DNA from: a virus
Taxonomy: Duplodnaviria > Caudoviricetes
IMG/VR virus record: IMGVR_UViG_3300044580_000234
Coordinates: 1-39,906 of that record
DNA length: 39,906 nt
Direction: 5' to 3' (one strand)
Below are positions 23,191 to 33,385 of this stretch, piece after piece. Below the pieces are notes generated by a model. That model did not search any database, was not told the DNA's origin, and saw nothing but the letters and a program-made list of their open reading frames with translations. How positions within the stretch are numbered: position 1 is the first letter of the stretch; the number at the start of each line of letters is the position of its first letter. Both the position numbers and the translations under genes were made by a program.

Positions 23191-25197
23191 TTAACCTCTG
23201 TCCTGCACTATTATTGTTGATTCGTCAATGTCTTGCCACATTTCTGAGCTATCATCAATATCTTGGTATTTTGTAGCTATATATTCAGTTTCTATTTGCG
23301 ACACCTTTCTTGCGCTTGTCGTGCACCTTATTGACCCATCGTACTGCAATTGGTTTTTAGTTACAACAAAGTTACCAACGGTATTTACGTCTCCCTTTTG
23401 ATACTCTGGTATTCTTATTGTATCAGCAAGTTCAAGTGCTGGATTCCCACGCCAATCAATATCTACATCTTTTTTGGGTAGCTTGTATGACTGCAAAAGA
23501 ATATTGCCTACACTTTGAGCCACTGCTTCTGTCTGTATCAAATGATTCTCTTGCAACTCATGTTTAATTGTGCCGTTTTCCCTAATACTTTCAGGGTCGC
23601 TTACAATTACAACCTGCTCGCCCTGTACTGAGTATTTTTGGCCAACTATTTCTATTTTGAATGTTCCGTTTACAATTGCTGCGTTATTAATTGTAACTAT
23701 TGCACCCCAAGCATAATATTGGGCGCTTTGAATGGTTACACCTGGAGTCGTATCCTCTGATACCAGTGTTGCGGTTGCATTTACACATGGTGCGCCATTG
23801 TATTTTGCCTCCACCTCAATAGTTGAGTATGCCGCTATTGTTGTTTTCTTGCCTGTATATATTTTATCTTCAGCATTAAGCTCAAGGGGTTGGGTTGTGA
23901 TTTCTATATAATTTACAAGCTCATCGGACTTTGCCGGCTGATTTTTTGTAAAGTAATCATCTTGGGTTATTTCCAAATCTGGAACTTCTGCTTCAATTAA
24001 AGGGTTTGCCTTTAGCTGCAAAACCCCGTCTCTGTCACAGTAAGCAAACCCAAGACACGCACCCATCAATTCTTTCAGGCACTTTTGATATGATTGTCTG
24101 GGAAAATAAGCAACGGGTATGATATACGAAGTGAGTAAAGAGTCTATGTTATATTTTAAATCTGGCATCACAAGACGAGCTGATTCAAGCAGATTTACCG
24201 CAAGATTGTAAACTGATATATTAAGCCAAACCTGCGATTTATAATATGTTAATTTATTTAAAAGCCCAATTCTGTCTCTTGCGGTTGTGCTTGCTCCGTT
24301 ACCCTGCTCTGGCGTATCCCAATCGCCAGACCAAAACACACCAAGTGGCAACATCTCTTTGCTTCCATTTGGATATTTAAAACCGAGCCATGCCTTTATT
24401 TTACGATTACTTCTAATAAGCGTGTGCAATATTGAATCAGTGTTTCCTGTGAAAAATCTATCTGTAACATTTTCAAGTGACAAGTCAAGCTCGTTTGCAG
24501 AAACGTTACCTATAGGTATTGTCCCATCTTTATACTCAAGCTCTTCAAGCAATTTAAGAGATAATATGTCGTCATCTTCGTAAGTCCTAACAATTGCAGT
24601 GTAAAACTCTGAAATCTTTACAACTGTTCCAGGCTTACTCCATTTTTTTATTACAATGTCAATTCTATTAGCTTCAAGTATATTTAAGTTATGTAAATCT
24701 GCTTCATACTTCAACTGATCATTTCCAGCGACAATGTGAGTTGCAGTCAGCACACTTTCAGTGTAAACGTAAATGTCGAAATCAACCGGATACTCGTTAT
24801 AGGCAGAGTCGCCAACAACAGTAACGGCAAACACTGGCCTTTTCGAGTGCTCAACTGTCATTGTAGGATATGGCGCAGAAAATGCACCACCGACACCAGC
24901 AACACTCGCCCCCCACCAACCCATCTGGTAATTGAGCGCCTCCTCTTCTGTTCCTGGTGCAAAATGATAATTACCATCAAACCAAGTTGATTCTTCGTCA
25001 ATGTGCAAATACTTATATGGCACAACATCTATTAGGTCAGCGACTTGTTTATTCCAAGATGTATAATTCTGCTCGTTTGGAGTTGCTCTTATTGATAAAT
25101 CCAAATACGGATCAGTCCATGTAATCTCTACTTTTGCACAAGGCCAACGAACAGAGGCAACGGCTGTGTTTTGAAATTGTTCTGAAGTAGAAAGCAT
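23191..25197 (-). CDS. Tail tip / baseplate hub protein
   Basis: IGNVSANELDL, PLGVFWS, WRGNPALELAD motifs; follows the Dit-like gene. Confidence 0.75.
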   Translation of the reverse strand: MLSTSEQFQNTAVASVRWPCAKVEITWTDPYLDLSIRATPNEQNYTSWNKQVADLIDVVPYKYLHIDEESTWFDGNYHFAPGTEEEALNYQMGWWGASVAGVGGAFSAPYPTMTVEHSKRPVFAVTVVGDSAYNEYPVDFDIYVYTESVLTATHIVAGNDQLKYEADLHNLNILEANRIDIVIKKWSKPGTVVKISEFYTAIVRTYEDDDILSLKLLEELEYKDGTIPIGNVSANELDLSLENVTDRFFTGNTDSILHTLIRSNRKIKAWLGFKYPNGSKEMLPLGVFWSGDWDTPEQGNGASTTARDRIGLLNKLTYYKSQVWLNISVYNLAVNLLESARLVMPDLKYNIDSLLTSYIIPVAYFPRQSYQKCLKELMGACLGFAYCDRDGVLQLKANPLIEAEVPDLEITQDDYFTKNQPAKSDELVNYIEITTQPLELNAEDKIYTGKKTTIAAYSTIEVEAKYNGAPCVNATATLVSEDTTPGVTIQSAQYYAWGAIVTINNAAIVNGTFKIEIVGQKYSVQGEQVVIVSDPESIRENGTIKHELQENHLIQTEAVAQSVGNILLQSYKLPKKDVDIDWRGNPALELADTIRIPEYQKGDVNTVGNFVVTKNQLQYDGSIRCTTSARKVSQIETEYIATKYQDIDDSSEMWQDIDESTIIVQDRG

Positions 25198-25547
25198 CAG
25201 ACTTCCTCCAGCTCACAAACAAAACCTGTCCAAAGTGTTCCATTTACACAAAGCAATCTTTCTCTGTCAAACGGTTTCATCATAACTATTTTGGTTTCGG
25301 GGTTTTTGTGTTCGTGGTATATTAGCAAAGTCAACTCCTGGTGCAGATTATAAAGAGCTTCAAAAAGCTCAATGTTTGCTCCAGTAATAATGCTGTAGTC
25401 CATAATGTAATTATGTTTTATTGCTTTAATATCTTTTACAAGTCTTGCTGATGCGGTTCTATCTGTTCTTGAAAACTCTTGCTTTTTAATTATAAGCCTA
25501 CGGCCATCGGCAGGTGTCAACCAATTATTTATATATATATTATTCAT
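25197..25547 (-). CDS. Distal tail (Dit-like) protein
   Basis: RTASARLVKD…LEEV; position after the tape measure. Confidence 0.6.
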   Translation of the reverse strand: MNNIYINNWLTPADGRRLIIKKQEFSRTDRTASARLVKDIKAIKHNYIMDYSIITGANIELFEALYNLHQELTLLIYHEHKNPETKIVMMKPFDRERLLCVNGTLWTGFVCELEEV

Positions 25548-28036
25548 TGACCCCTCCGGCTTAATTCAGACGTTCTGTAGAGTTCGAGCCTTCTTTCCAG
25601 TTGTTTGTATCCAGAGTCATCACCAACAAGAGTGCCAATATGATAATGGTTTTCCGTAACATAGGTGGTACTGCCAATTACAGATGCAGGTGAGATTGCC
25701 CTATCTGTACTACCTATGCCTTCAACTAATTTTTTTACCATCATATCAACACCTGTTTCAAGTGGCAGTACAAGCTCGTCCTGCCTACCTTCACCAACAA
25801 TGGTGTTTACCCCTCCGGGAACAGACTCAACAAGTCCACCCTTTGCAAGTGGTATAGGTTGCGCTGCCACAACTGCCGCTTGAGCAGTTCCAAGTGTTCC
25901 GACCACTGCCGACTGGATAGCAGCTATGTACCATGGAAGCTCAGTCCAAGCCTTCATAATGGCCTGTGCAGTACTTATGATTATATTAAAGATTCCAAGG
26001 GCTTTGTTTTGCTTTGCCTGCCTACGCTTTGCATCCTGCTCTCTTTTTGCCGCCTCTTCTTCGAGTGCTTGTAATTTAGCTTCCTTCTCCTCTTCTGAGA
26101 GCATACTATTTTCAATTTCCTCTCTCTGCCTTGCTTCCCATTGATCTATCTCATCAAGCCTGTTGGAGTTAAACATTGACAATATAGATCCAAGCTGGTT
26201 AAAAGAGTCGGATATAAAGCTAACTACTTCCCATGTTTGCTGCTTTCTTTCTTCAGCGACTTCTCTCTCAAGCCGCCTTCTTGTTTCTGCAAGCTCTTTG
26301 TCAATTTCAGCAATTCTATCGGCTGTCTTCTGCGCTTCTTCAACTTCTTTTCTTTTATCAGCTTCATACTCATATGTAGCTTGGTCAATTATCCTTTGTT
26401 TTTCTGTTTGATACCATTTTTCAATATTTAACTTATCTGCGCCGAGTTCCTCAGCTCTTAGCAATTCTTCTCTATATTTTTTGTCCAACAACTCTATGTC
26501 ATTTGCATGTTGCTCAAAAACCTTATTAGCATACTCATCTTCAAGGGCTGACCTAGCCTCTAAAGTTTGCCTACGCCTTTCAAGTAGTTTTGCTTGCTCT
26601 TCCTCAAGCGCCTTTACTGCATCTGCGTTTGTATTTGTGCTGTCAGTGTTTTCACTTATCTTTGTAGTCAAATCGTCAACAATATTAGCAGTTTCACCAG
26701 TGGTTAAATTTAAATCTGTCAAAACGTCTTCGGCCTGGATCGATTTATTTATAAACGACCCTGTAAATTCATACCCTAAATCAGCCAAATTGGTTTCAAG
26801 TTCTTTGATCCTCTTGTTGACTGCAATAAAATTTTCTTCACCCCTTGCGGCAACATCTTCACCTAATGCAAGTTCATTATAAAGCGGAATAAGCTCCTCA
26901 AGATCTTTTTTCATCTGCTCAACTTGCTTATTCTGAACTTTTTGACCGATTTCAGCTTTCCACTTTTGCCAAGCAGATACAGTTTTCCCAACTGCAATTG
27001 CAATTCCGGTAATGGCCAAAGCAGCAATTCCAAAAGGGTTGCCAAGCAACAAAACATTTAGCGATTTAATCACTATCTGCAAATCTTTAAACAATACCAA
27101 GGCCTTGCCAAGACCTAAAAGCAAAGGCCCAATCGCAGCAGCCGCAAGGCCCATTCCGATCGCAAAGTTTTTAATTTCTGGAGGGGTTTCCTTTATTGCC
27201 TTTGCAACATTTTTAAGTATTGGCAAAAATTCATCTCTAAATATTTTTACAGCTCTCAAAACTACAGGGATAAACTCTTTCCCAAATCCATCCGCCAAAT
27301 TTTTAATTTCAGCAGCAAGTATTCTTTTCTGGTTTTCCAACTGCCCAGAGGTTCTGGCAAAATCACCCTGTACATCAGAAGACTGCTTCATAATCAATGC
27401 AGATGCGGCCAATACTTTTTGCTGTGGAGTCAATGCCTCTTTGGTGGTTTTAACAATGCCTAATCGCAACGCCTCTTGCCTCATAGATACATCGTCAAGA
27501 AGCACACCATATTTCCGTATAGGTTCATTTTCGCCACGAAAAGCCGCACCAATAGCGGTAATTGCTTCCTCTGGAGAAGTGTTATAGAATGATGCAAAAT
27601 CTGAGGCAAGAGCAGTAAATTGAGTGCTAAATTTTACAAGATCATCGCCAGTTTTGCCTGCTGATTTTCCAAAAATTGCGAATGTCGAAGCTGCGTCGAT
27701 TGCTTGCTTTTTAGATTGTCCAAATGCAGTTGCAGAGGAGTTTGACCACTCGTCAATTTGCTTTGCAGCATCTCCAAAAATTTGCTGAGATTTGGATATT
27801 GCTTCACTTAAATCGGAAGCGCCATCGGTAAGCTTTAAAATTCCTGCGGTAGCTGCAGCAACAGGCAAAGTAATCATCATTGACATTTTGGAGCCGATAG
27901 ACTCAATTTTTTGGCCTGTCTGCACCAATGTCTTAGAGAGCTTTTTAGCTTCTTTTTCAGCAGTATTAAGGCCATTTCTGACCCCTTCCAGGCCCTCCAT
28001 TGTTATCACTGCAGCAAGCTTAAACAACTCTTTCAT
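25544..28036 (-). CDS. Tape measure protein
   Basis: 830 aa, Ala-rich helical; ASFYN…GENEPIRKYG; LAKGG…VGEGRQDELVLPL. Confidence 0.92.
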   Translation of the reverse strand: MKELFKLAAVITMEGLEGVRNGLNTAEKEAKKLSKTLVQTGQKIESIGSKMSMMITLPVAAATAGILKLTDGASDLSEAISKSQQIFGDAAKQIDEWSNSSATAFGQSKKQAIDAASTFAIFGKSAGKTGDDLVKFSTQFTALASDFASFYNTSPEEAITAIGAAFRGENEPIRKYGVLLDDVSMRQEALRLGIVKTTKEALTPQQKVLAASALIMKQSSDVQGDFARTSGQLENQKRILAAEIKNLADGFGKEFIPVVLRAVKIFRDEFLPILKNVAKAIKETPPEIKNFAIGMGLAAAAIGPLLLGLGKALVLFKDLQIVIKSLNVLLLGNPFGIAALAITGIAIAVGKTVSAWQKWKAEIGQKVQNKQVEQMKKDLEELIPLYNELALGEDVAARGEENFIAVNKRIKELETNLADLGYEFTGSFINKSIQAEDVLTDLNLTTGETANIVDDLTTKISENTDSTNTNADAVKALEEEQAKLLERRRQTLEARSALEDEYANKVFEQHANDIELLDKKYREELLRAEELGADKLNIEKWYQTEKQRIIDQATYEYEADKRKEVEEAQKTADRIAEIDKELAETRRRLEREVAEERKQQTWEVVSFISDSFNQLGSILSMFNSNRLDEIDQWEARQREEIENSMLSEEEKEAKLQALEEEAAKREQDAKRRQAKQNKALGIFNIIISTAQAIMKAWTELPWYIAAIQSAVVGTLGTAQAAVVAAQPIPLAKGGLVESVPGGVNTIVGEGRQDELVLPLETGVDMMVKKLVEGIGSTDRAISPASVIGSTTYVTENHYHIGTLVGDDSGYKQLERRLELYRTSELSRRGQ

Positions 28037-28400
28037 ATCGCGCCTTTTTAAGTTTTTCGATCACTTTGTCAGACTTTTTAAGGTCTCTTTCTCGGTCTTC
28101 CTTGGTGTACCTGTTTTCCGGTTCGCCAATACCAAGATTGTTAATCAACTTGCTCCAGCTCTTCTCTTTAAATTTTCCCTGCAAATACTCTGGAAAAACT
28201 GCGGCCTGCATGAGTTCTCGCCGCCTCTCTGCCCTTTCTGACTCAATCATTTTTGAGTAAAAAAGAGTTTCTGAAAATTCAAGCTCACCAAATTGCTTTC
28301 TGGTGAGCCTTAAATAGTATCTTACTTCATCTTTCCTTTTAGCAATTTCTTGCCGTACTCTTTTATCCACTTGAACGCCAGAGAGGCACCAGAAAAAAAA
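28020..28400 (-). CDS. Tail assembly chaperone frameshift extension (gpGT-like)
   Basis: The -1 frame is open from the T8 slippery run at 28400-28393 to the stop at 28020. Confidence 0.75.
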   Translation of the reverse strand, partial: FFFWCLSGVQVDKRVRQEIAKRKDEVRYYLRLTRKQFGELEFSETLFYSKMIESERAERRRELMQAAVFPEYLQGKFKEKSWSKLINNLGIGEPENRYTKEDRERDLKKSDKVIEKLKKARYERVV

Positions 28401-28747
28401 TCAGCAAACTCCTTTGATTCGAGCATTTGGCTAATGATAATAAAATCAGCGCCAAAAGGTAATTTCCCATAGTCTTCTGGTTTTACACCAGCAAGATCGG
28501 CAAATAATGCGCGAAGTTCTGTTTTGTATCTTACCCTCAAAGCACCAAGCAGCTTTTCGGCAAGTGGCAATACAGAGTTAACCTGTTCACTGAGATCGTC
28601 TGTTTTTTGTATTGTTTCACATGCAGGTATTATCATTTCAAGGACACTTTTCATATCCTCGCTTTGCCCAAGCTTTACAATAAGTTCAGCAATTTTATCG
28701 CTGTCATCATTGGTTAAAGCGCGTATCTTAATCTCTCTCTCCTCCAT
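28322..28747 (-). CDS. Tail assembly chaperone (gpG-like)
   Basis: Between major tail and tape measure; ends with …ADFF slippery codons. Confidence 0.8.
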   Translation of the reverse strand: MEEREIKIRALTNDDSDKIAELIVKLGQSEDMKSVLEMIIPACETIQKTDDLSEQVNSVLPLAEKLLGALRVRYKTELRALFADLAGVKPEDYGKLPFGADFIIISQMLESKEFADFFSGASLAFKWIKEYGKKLLKGKMK

Positions 28748-28757
28748 AGTTCACTCC

Positions 28758-29327
28758 TTATTCTATATCAACAGGCATGTAAATTTCGAAAGGTACCTCT
28801 GTAAGATCAGATCCATCAAAATGCCCTTCAAAGGTTATTGCGATAACACCCTCTTCTTTTTCGGTACAACTTATTCCAAGTGGACTATTTGCAAGAGCGT
28901 TTTTAATCACAACTATTGCAACGTCAGTCTTACCATTTACCTCTGCTACAAGAGCAATGTTTTTGTATTCGCTGGAAGCAATAGTAAGCGATGCTGTCAG
29001 CAAATCATGTGTTTTAGCGCCAGGAGATACAGGATAATCTGCTGCACCAAGCCCTGGAGTTGCCAGCTTTAGAATGTCTGGGGTAACTTCCAGAAGATTT
29101 ACATCGAGAGTTACCGTTGCGCCGACAATGCGCTTCATCCCCATTACTTTACCGGGTGCTCCATCAAATCCAATATCTTTAAGCTCAGGTGTGTAGGTAA
29201 ATGTGTTACCGCCTCTGGTAGCTCCAATTAGCGTGCCGAGCGAAGCAGGGCTTTCAAAGCCGGCATAAAGCTTGCCTGCATCCAAAAGTAAATGCTGTGG
29301 TGTTTTTGCTGAATATCCGTTTAACAT
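28758..29327 (-). CDS. Major tail tube protein
   Basis: LLLDAGKLY…IGATRGGNTF…DG…VPFEIYMP. Confidence 0.85.
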   Translation of the reverse strand: MLNGYSAKTPQHLLLDAGKLYAGFESPASLGTLIGATRGGNTFTYTPELKDIGFDGAPGKVMGMKRIVGATVTLDVNLLEVTPDILKLATPGLGAADYPVSPGAKTHDLLTASLTIASSEYKNIALVAEVNGKTDVAIVVIKNALANSPLGISCTEKEEGVIAITFEGHFDGSDLTEVPFEIYMPVDIE

Positions 29328-29340
29328 ATAATCCCCCTTT

Positions 29341-29754
29341 TTAGGATAAGTTTTCTAACCATTCTTTTTCTGTCGCTCTCGCTTCAATTCTCACACTGTA
29401 ATGTATAGCCCTGTGATCTGGTTCGGGTACTTGGATAATATCAGCCTCGAAATGTCTAATATTTGACAATTGCTCAGTGTGAAAAGTTTTATACTTAAAA
29501 AGATTTTCGATTATTGCAACTGCCCTATGTGCGCCTGTTGCGTCAAGGCCAAAATCAAAAAGATCTATCACTAAATTGTATCTGCTGATTGCACCGTCAA
29601 CACCGTACTTGTCGATTCTGTAAACAACATAACGAAACGGAACACCCTCTGGAGCAGATCTTTCAAAAATTGACGGCTCGCCACTGTATTCTGAAAGCAA
29701 AGATACAAGTTCTGCATTGCCTGTTAATGTGCTATATACAAGTTCGCCGTACAT
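29341..29754 (-). CDS. Tail terminator / completion protein
   Basis: Position; APEGVPFRYVVY motif. Confidence 0.7.
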   Translation of the reverse strand: MYGELVYSTLTGNAELVSLLSEYSGEPSIFERSAPEGVPFRYVVYRIDKYGVDGAISRYNLVIDLFDFGLDATGAHRAVAIIENLFKYKTFHTEQLSNIRHFEADIIQVPEPDHRAIHYSVRIEARATEKEWLENLS

Positions 29755-30221
29755 TATAATATCGGTTCCGAAAGAGTCTCTTTGATTTTGTCAGTATTTT
29801 CAACTAACGTACTTACAAAAAACGGCCTCGGCTCAACATGGCCAACGTGTCGCGGCTTGCTTAATGGCTTGCCGTTTACCTCTGTCTGATACCTGGCATC
29901 AGTGCCGAACTCCATCAAGTGAGCATGGTAAGCAGGCCGATGAAAGCCAACTTGCGTTTCGATGTCCTGCGCATGTCTGTCGTGTGCAAACCCTATACCC
30001 TTTTGTAGTCTACCAGATTGCTTTGCAGGAGGTTCTCCAGCTATCGACCTGTAACCCTCAAAGTACTCATCTCCGACCTTTTTCTTAAGCTCTTTTACAA
30101 CAAACCTTGCAGCTTTTGATTGGTTTTTCAAAATACCATCTTTGATCTGTTTGTTAATCTCTCTAACATGGCTTTCGAAAGCTCCAATAGGCTTGATTCT
30201 TTTTCTACCTCTGCCAGCCAT
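29754..30221 (-). CDS. HK97 gp10-like neck protein
   Basis: GEPPAKQSGRL, HAHLMEFGT, PRPFF; GAGG RBS before ATG 30221. Confidence 0.8.
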   Translation of the reverse strand: MAGRGRKRIKPIGAFESHVREINKQIKDGILKNQSKAARFVVKELKKKVGDEYFEGYRSIAGEPPAKQSGRLQKGIGFAHDRHAQDIETQVGFHRPAYHAHLMEFGTDARYQTEVNGKPLSKPRHVGHVEPRPFFVSTLVENTDKIKETLSEPIL

Positions 30222-30559
30222 CACCGCACCTCTTTGCATTCAATATTTAAATCAAAGTTGCGCTCTTCATCGTTTGAGATTGTTAGGATCTCAAAGATTC
30301 TACCATCAAACAATATTCTATTTGTTTCAACAACAGGTATTAGTGCACTAATGTTGACAAGATGAGTCATTTCTGCGCTGATAGTCTGATATTTAAATGT
30401 CTGTATTGCGCTTTTGGGCAGGATCTGTGCCCACACTGTATTTATAGTCTGCCAAGTCTCAATGCGACCGCCCCTACCGTTAGACTCAGAAGAAACCTGC
30501 TGAATCTGTATCCGGTGACACCGCTTTGTCGCATTGCCTTTTTTAGCAAACTTTTTCAT
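30221..30559 (-). CDS. Head closure (head-tail adaptor) protein
   Basis: HRIQIQ…GG…W…VWAQI…RILFDGRIFEI. Confidence 0.85.
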   Translation of the reverse strand: MKKFAKKGNATKRCHRIQIQQVSSESNGRGGRIETWQTINTVWAQILPKSAIQTFKYQTISAEMTHLVNISALIPVVETNRILFDGRIFEILTISNDEERNFDLNIECKEVR

Positions 30560-31110
30560 AAATAAAGCCTGTCCGGTTTAAGATATCCAAATAGCTCTTC
30601 AGGAAATTTTTCCGCTTCCCTGTTGGCATTTTTCCAAGAGCAACAAAGCAGAATTGTGTCTCTAATTTTTGCCGGTACATCTTCGCCAGAATCCCCGTAT
30701 CCAGCAGTGTACCTGATTTTTACAGAGTTAATCGGGCGAAGTGTTACACTCGGCCAAGTTTTTAAATAAGCATGGTCTATGCGTGCCGGATCGCTGTCCA
30801 AGTCAATCACAAACTCTGATAGATCCATCACTGTAGATTGATTTTGGTAATCAATGTATGTGATAGATGTAACAGTGCTTACTGGTGACATCGGCAATCT
30901 AATCGGCAGCACCGGGAAAGTATCAAAAGAAAGCTCCAAAACCCTCGAAACAAAAGCTCTTCTCATGTAGGCCTCAGCCTGCTCCCTTGCTGAAACAATC
31001 CACATTTGCAAAAGTGAATCGTCCTCACTGTAGTCAATCCTTGTCATATTCTTAACATCTTCTACAGTTACAGGCTCTAGAGATGGAGGAGTTATTGTTT
31101 TAAGGCTCAT
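30556..31110 (-). CDS. Head-tail connector protein
   Basis: EPVTVEDVK…DDSLL…AREQAE…YTAGYG…VPAKIR. Confidence 0.85.
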   Translation of the reverse strand: MSLKTITPPSLEPVTVEDVKNMTRIDYSEDDSLLQMWIVSAREQAEAYMRRAFVSRVLELSFDTFPVLPIRLPMSPVSTVTSITYIDYQNQSTVMDLSEFVIDLDSDPARIDHAYLKTWPSVTLRPINSVKIRYTAGYGDSGEDVPAKIRDTILLCCSWKNANREAEKFPEELFGYLKPDRLYL

Positions 31111-31337
31111 TTTCTCTTTTTCTCTGATCTGATTTCTTTCTCAGGGTCAACAGCTCTAACGCTTTGCGGCTCAGTTGCAATTTCTTTTTGATTTGTAACA
31201 GCTTGCTCGAATCTGCCACCAATCACACCATGCCTTCGCAGTTTTGCTGCTCTTTGATCGTCTGCTTTCACTGAATCGCCCATCATTTTAAAGCTTCCGT
31301 CAATATCTCTGAAAGGTTTTATTACTTTGTATTCCAT
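31107..31337 (-). CDS. Small head-module protein
   Basis: YKVIKPFRD…GD…RA..L motif typical after capsid genes. Confidence 0.65.
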   Translation of the reverse strand: MEYKVIKPFRDIDGSFKMMGDSVKADDQRAAKLRRHGVIGGRFEQAVTNQKEIATEPQSVRAVDPEKEIRSEKKRK

Positions 31338-31350
31338 AATTACTCCAAAT

Positions 31351-31366
31351 AGGGGCTTGCGCCCCT
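31351..31366 (-). terminator. Hairpin after the decoration gene
   Basis: AGGGGC-GCAA-GCCCCT followed by ATTT on the - strand. Confidence 0.55.
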
Positions 31367-31373
31367 TAAGGTG

Positions 31374-32090
31374 TTATGCCTGACTTGCTGCAACTACTTG
31401 ATTAGCCGAATATCTGCTTTGTCCTCTCAACAAAACTGCACTACTTAAAATGGCTGCACTGTTTGTTAATCTGACAGCCACATGAGTATAGCCATTGTTT
31501 GTATCGAGATTTTCAGCATCAACTTCAACATAAGCAACAGCGCGAGCGGTACTTGGCACTCCTGTTGCTTGTGCGGAAGCAACAAGAGTAATAGATGTGT
31601 CGCCCGGTTCATCTGCTGTAAGTGTTAGTACTCCGGCTGCTGCAGTTGCCAAAACACCAGGCACTCCAATAGTTGCGTCATTGATCTTTGCTGCAAGGTT
31701 TGCGGTTGATGCAGTTTCATCGGCACCAATTGCGTAAGTTCGAGTGCCGGGGACATCTGCTGCTGCTGCAGTAAACACAAGGCCATTTATGGTGTATTTT
31801 TCACCAGCAACGTGCTCATCAGCAGAAGTAAGTAAGGCAGCCTGAACATTTGTATTCGCAGTGATAGTTGCGGTACTTGGTGTAACAACTTTTGCTCCTG
31901 TACCTGCAGCGTCCTGTGCCTGCATCACCTGAATTTCGCTTGTTTTCCCAGCAGCCATAGCGCCAACATTAACTACAAAGAGTGCTTTTCTGTGCAGATC
32001 CATCCGAAAATATTCGCCTGTGCCAGCCCCGTTCAAACTAACCGGAGTCAGTGCAGTATCAATTTTTACTTTATCACAAATTCTTTCCAT
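31374..32090 (-). CDS. Probable capsid decoration protein
   Basis: Ala/Thr-rich beta protein directly after the major capsid gene. Confidence 0.55.
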   Translation of the reverse strand: MERICDKVKIDTALTPVSLNGAGTGEYFRMDLHRKALFVVNVGAMAAGKTSEIQVMQAQDAAGTGAKVVTPSTATITANTNVQAALLTSADEHVAGEKYTINGLVFTAAAADVPGTRTYAIGADETASTANLAAKINDATIGVPGVLATAAAGVLTLTADEPGDTSITLVASAQATGVPSTARAVAYVEVDAENLDTNNGYTHVAVRLTNSAAILSSAVLLRGQSRYSANQVVAASQA

Positions 32091-32107
32091 ACTGTAATCC
32101 CTTCATT

Positions 32108-32129
32108 AAAAAGGGAGGGGTTCCCCTCC
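32108..32129 (-). terminator. Intrinsic terminator after the major capsid gene
   Basis: GGAGGG-GAAC-CCCTCC followed by CTTTTT on the - strand. Confidence 0.65.
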
Positions 32130-32134
32130 GGTTA

Positions 32135-33385
32135 TTATTTGAGTACAACAAAAGGCGAAACTGTGCTCTGGCCATCTCTCTGAAGCATTGGAGTAGTCAA
32201 CATTGGCTGACCGTCAACGTTCCAGAAAGCATAAATTCGAGTTACGCCATTAATTTTTTGGGTATACGGATCAATGAAAATTGCAAGTGGGGCTCCGTCC
32301 TTGATTGCATAATAATTGAGATCTACAAGTGCAAGGTCACCTTCGCTTCCAAGTACTGGTGACTGATCGTTGTAAATAAGAGGAATTCCCAATAATGTTC
32401 CGGGCGCACCTTCACGCGCATTGGGTTGCCATATATGGTTGTTTCCAGCGTCAACCATTCCCATAAGCTGCGGCAAAATTGTTTGTGAAGCAACCCAAAT
32501 AAGAGAGCCTCCAAATTTTGCACGTGCATACATCCCAATTACATCGGCATAAGAAATAGCGCCAGCGCTAGCACGTGTGATCGGAATTGTTGCAGAATGA
32601 CCAATAATTCCAAGGGGCTTTCCAACTCCATCTCCGGTATAAAAAGCATCCTCTTCTGCACCAAGAATAGCCCCACGCAAAAGTCTTTCGCACATCGAAC
32701 CAACAGCAGCAGCATTTCTGAAAAGCTTGTCAGAAATGTCAATATAGCCAGAAACTTCCTTGGGCTCTATTTTAATTCCTCTGATTGAAGGATCTCCGGC
32801 ATCCTGACGTGTGTCTTTTTCACCAACCCATCGGACGCTTACGCCTGAATAAACACCCTTGGCGCCATCTTGATCAAGAGCCATAAGGTTAAATGCTGCA
32901 TCAGGTGGATCGCCAGCAGGAATAACCATTGCGCGAGGTCTGAAGATAGCTTCTGCAGCATCCCACATTCTTATTGTTTTGTCGTACTGTTCAGGAACAA
33001 GAATACCAGCAGAGGGACCGTTGTCAAACGTCAAAGCTCGTTTGCTGGATTTTCCATCGTTTTGACCAAGATCTCGATACTCAAGATACTGGCTATTTGG
33101 ATTGAATCTTGCCTCCTGCAAAAATTCCCCAAAGGAGCGTATTTCGTCCCCAGTTGGCTCTTTGTACCCATCCCCAGCGCTGCCATTTTCAAGAGCCTGA
33201 AGCTGCTCTTCACGCTGAATGTCCGCATCTCTGCGGTCAACCTCTGCCTTTAGGTCGTTGTACTTTGTCTGCTCTTCAGAAGTCAGACTCTTTTCTGGCC
33301 TCTGCTCTGCTGCATCGATAATAGAGCGCATTTGATCGATTACAGCTTTGCGTTCCCGTTTCATTTTTTGAATATCTCTGGGCAT
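32135..33385 (-). CDS. HK97-fold major capsid protein with delta domain
   Basis: N-terminal coiled coil, AGILVPEQ, GDGVGKPLGII, TLLGIP. Confidence 0.95.
   Translation of the reverse strand: MPRDIQKMKRERKAVIDQMRSIIDAAEQRPEKSLTSEEQTKYNDLKAEVDRRDADIQREEQLQALENGSAGDGYKEPTGDEIRSFGEFLQEARFNPNSQYLEYRDLGQNDGKSSKRALTFDNGPSAGILVPEQYDKTIRMWDAAEAIFRPRAMVIPAGDPPDAAFNLMALDQDGAKGVYSGVSVRWVGEKDTRQDAGDPSIRGIKIEPKEVSGYIDISDKLFRNAAAVGSMCERLLRGAILGAEEDAFYTGDGVGKPLGIIGHSATIPITRASAGAISYADVIGMYARAKFGGSLIWVASQTILPQLMGMVDAGNNHIWQPNAREGAPGTLLGIPLIYNDQSPVLGSEGDLALVDLNYYAIKDGAPLAIFIDPYTQKINGVTRIYAFWNVDGQPMLTTPMLQRDGQSTVSPFVVLK

Noticed and set aside
25665-29072. Several long + strand ORFs opposite the tape measure and tail genes
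   Set aside because: Antisense shadows of well-supported - strand genes, lacking RBSs.
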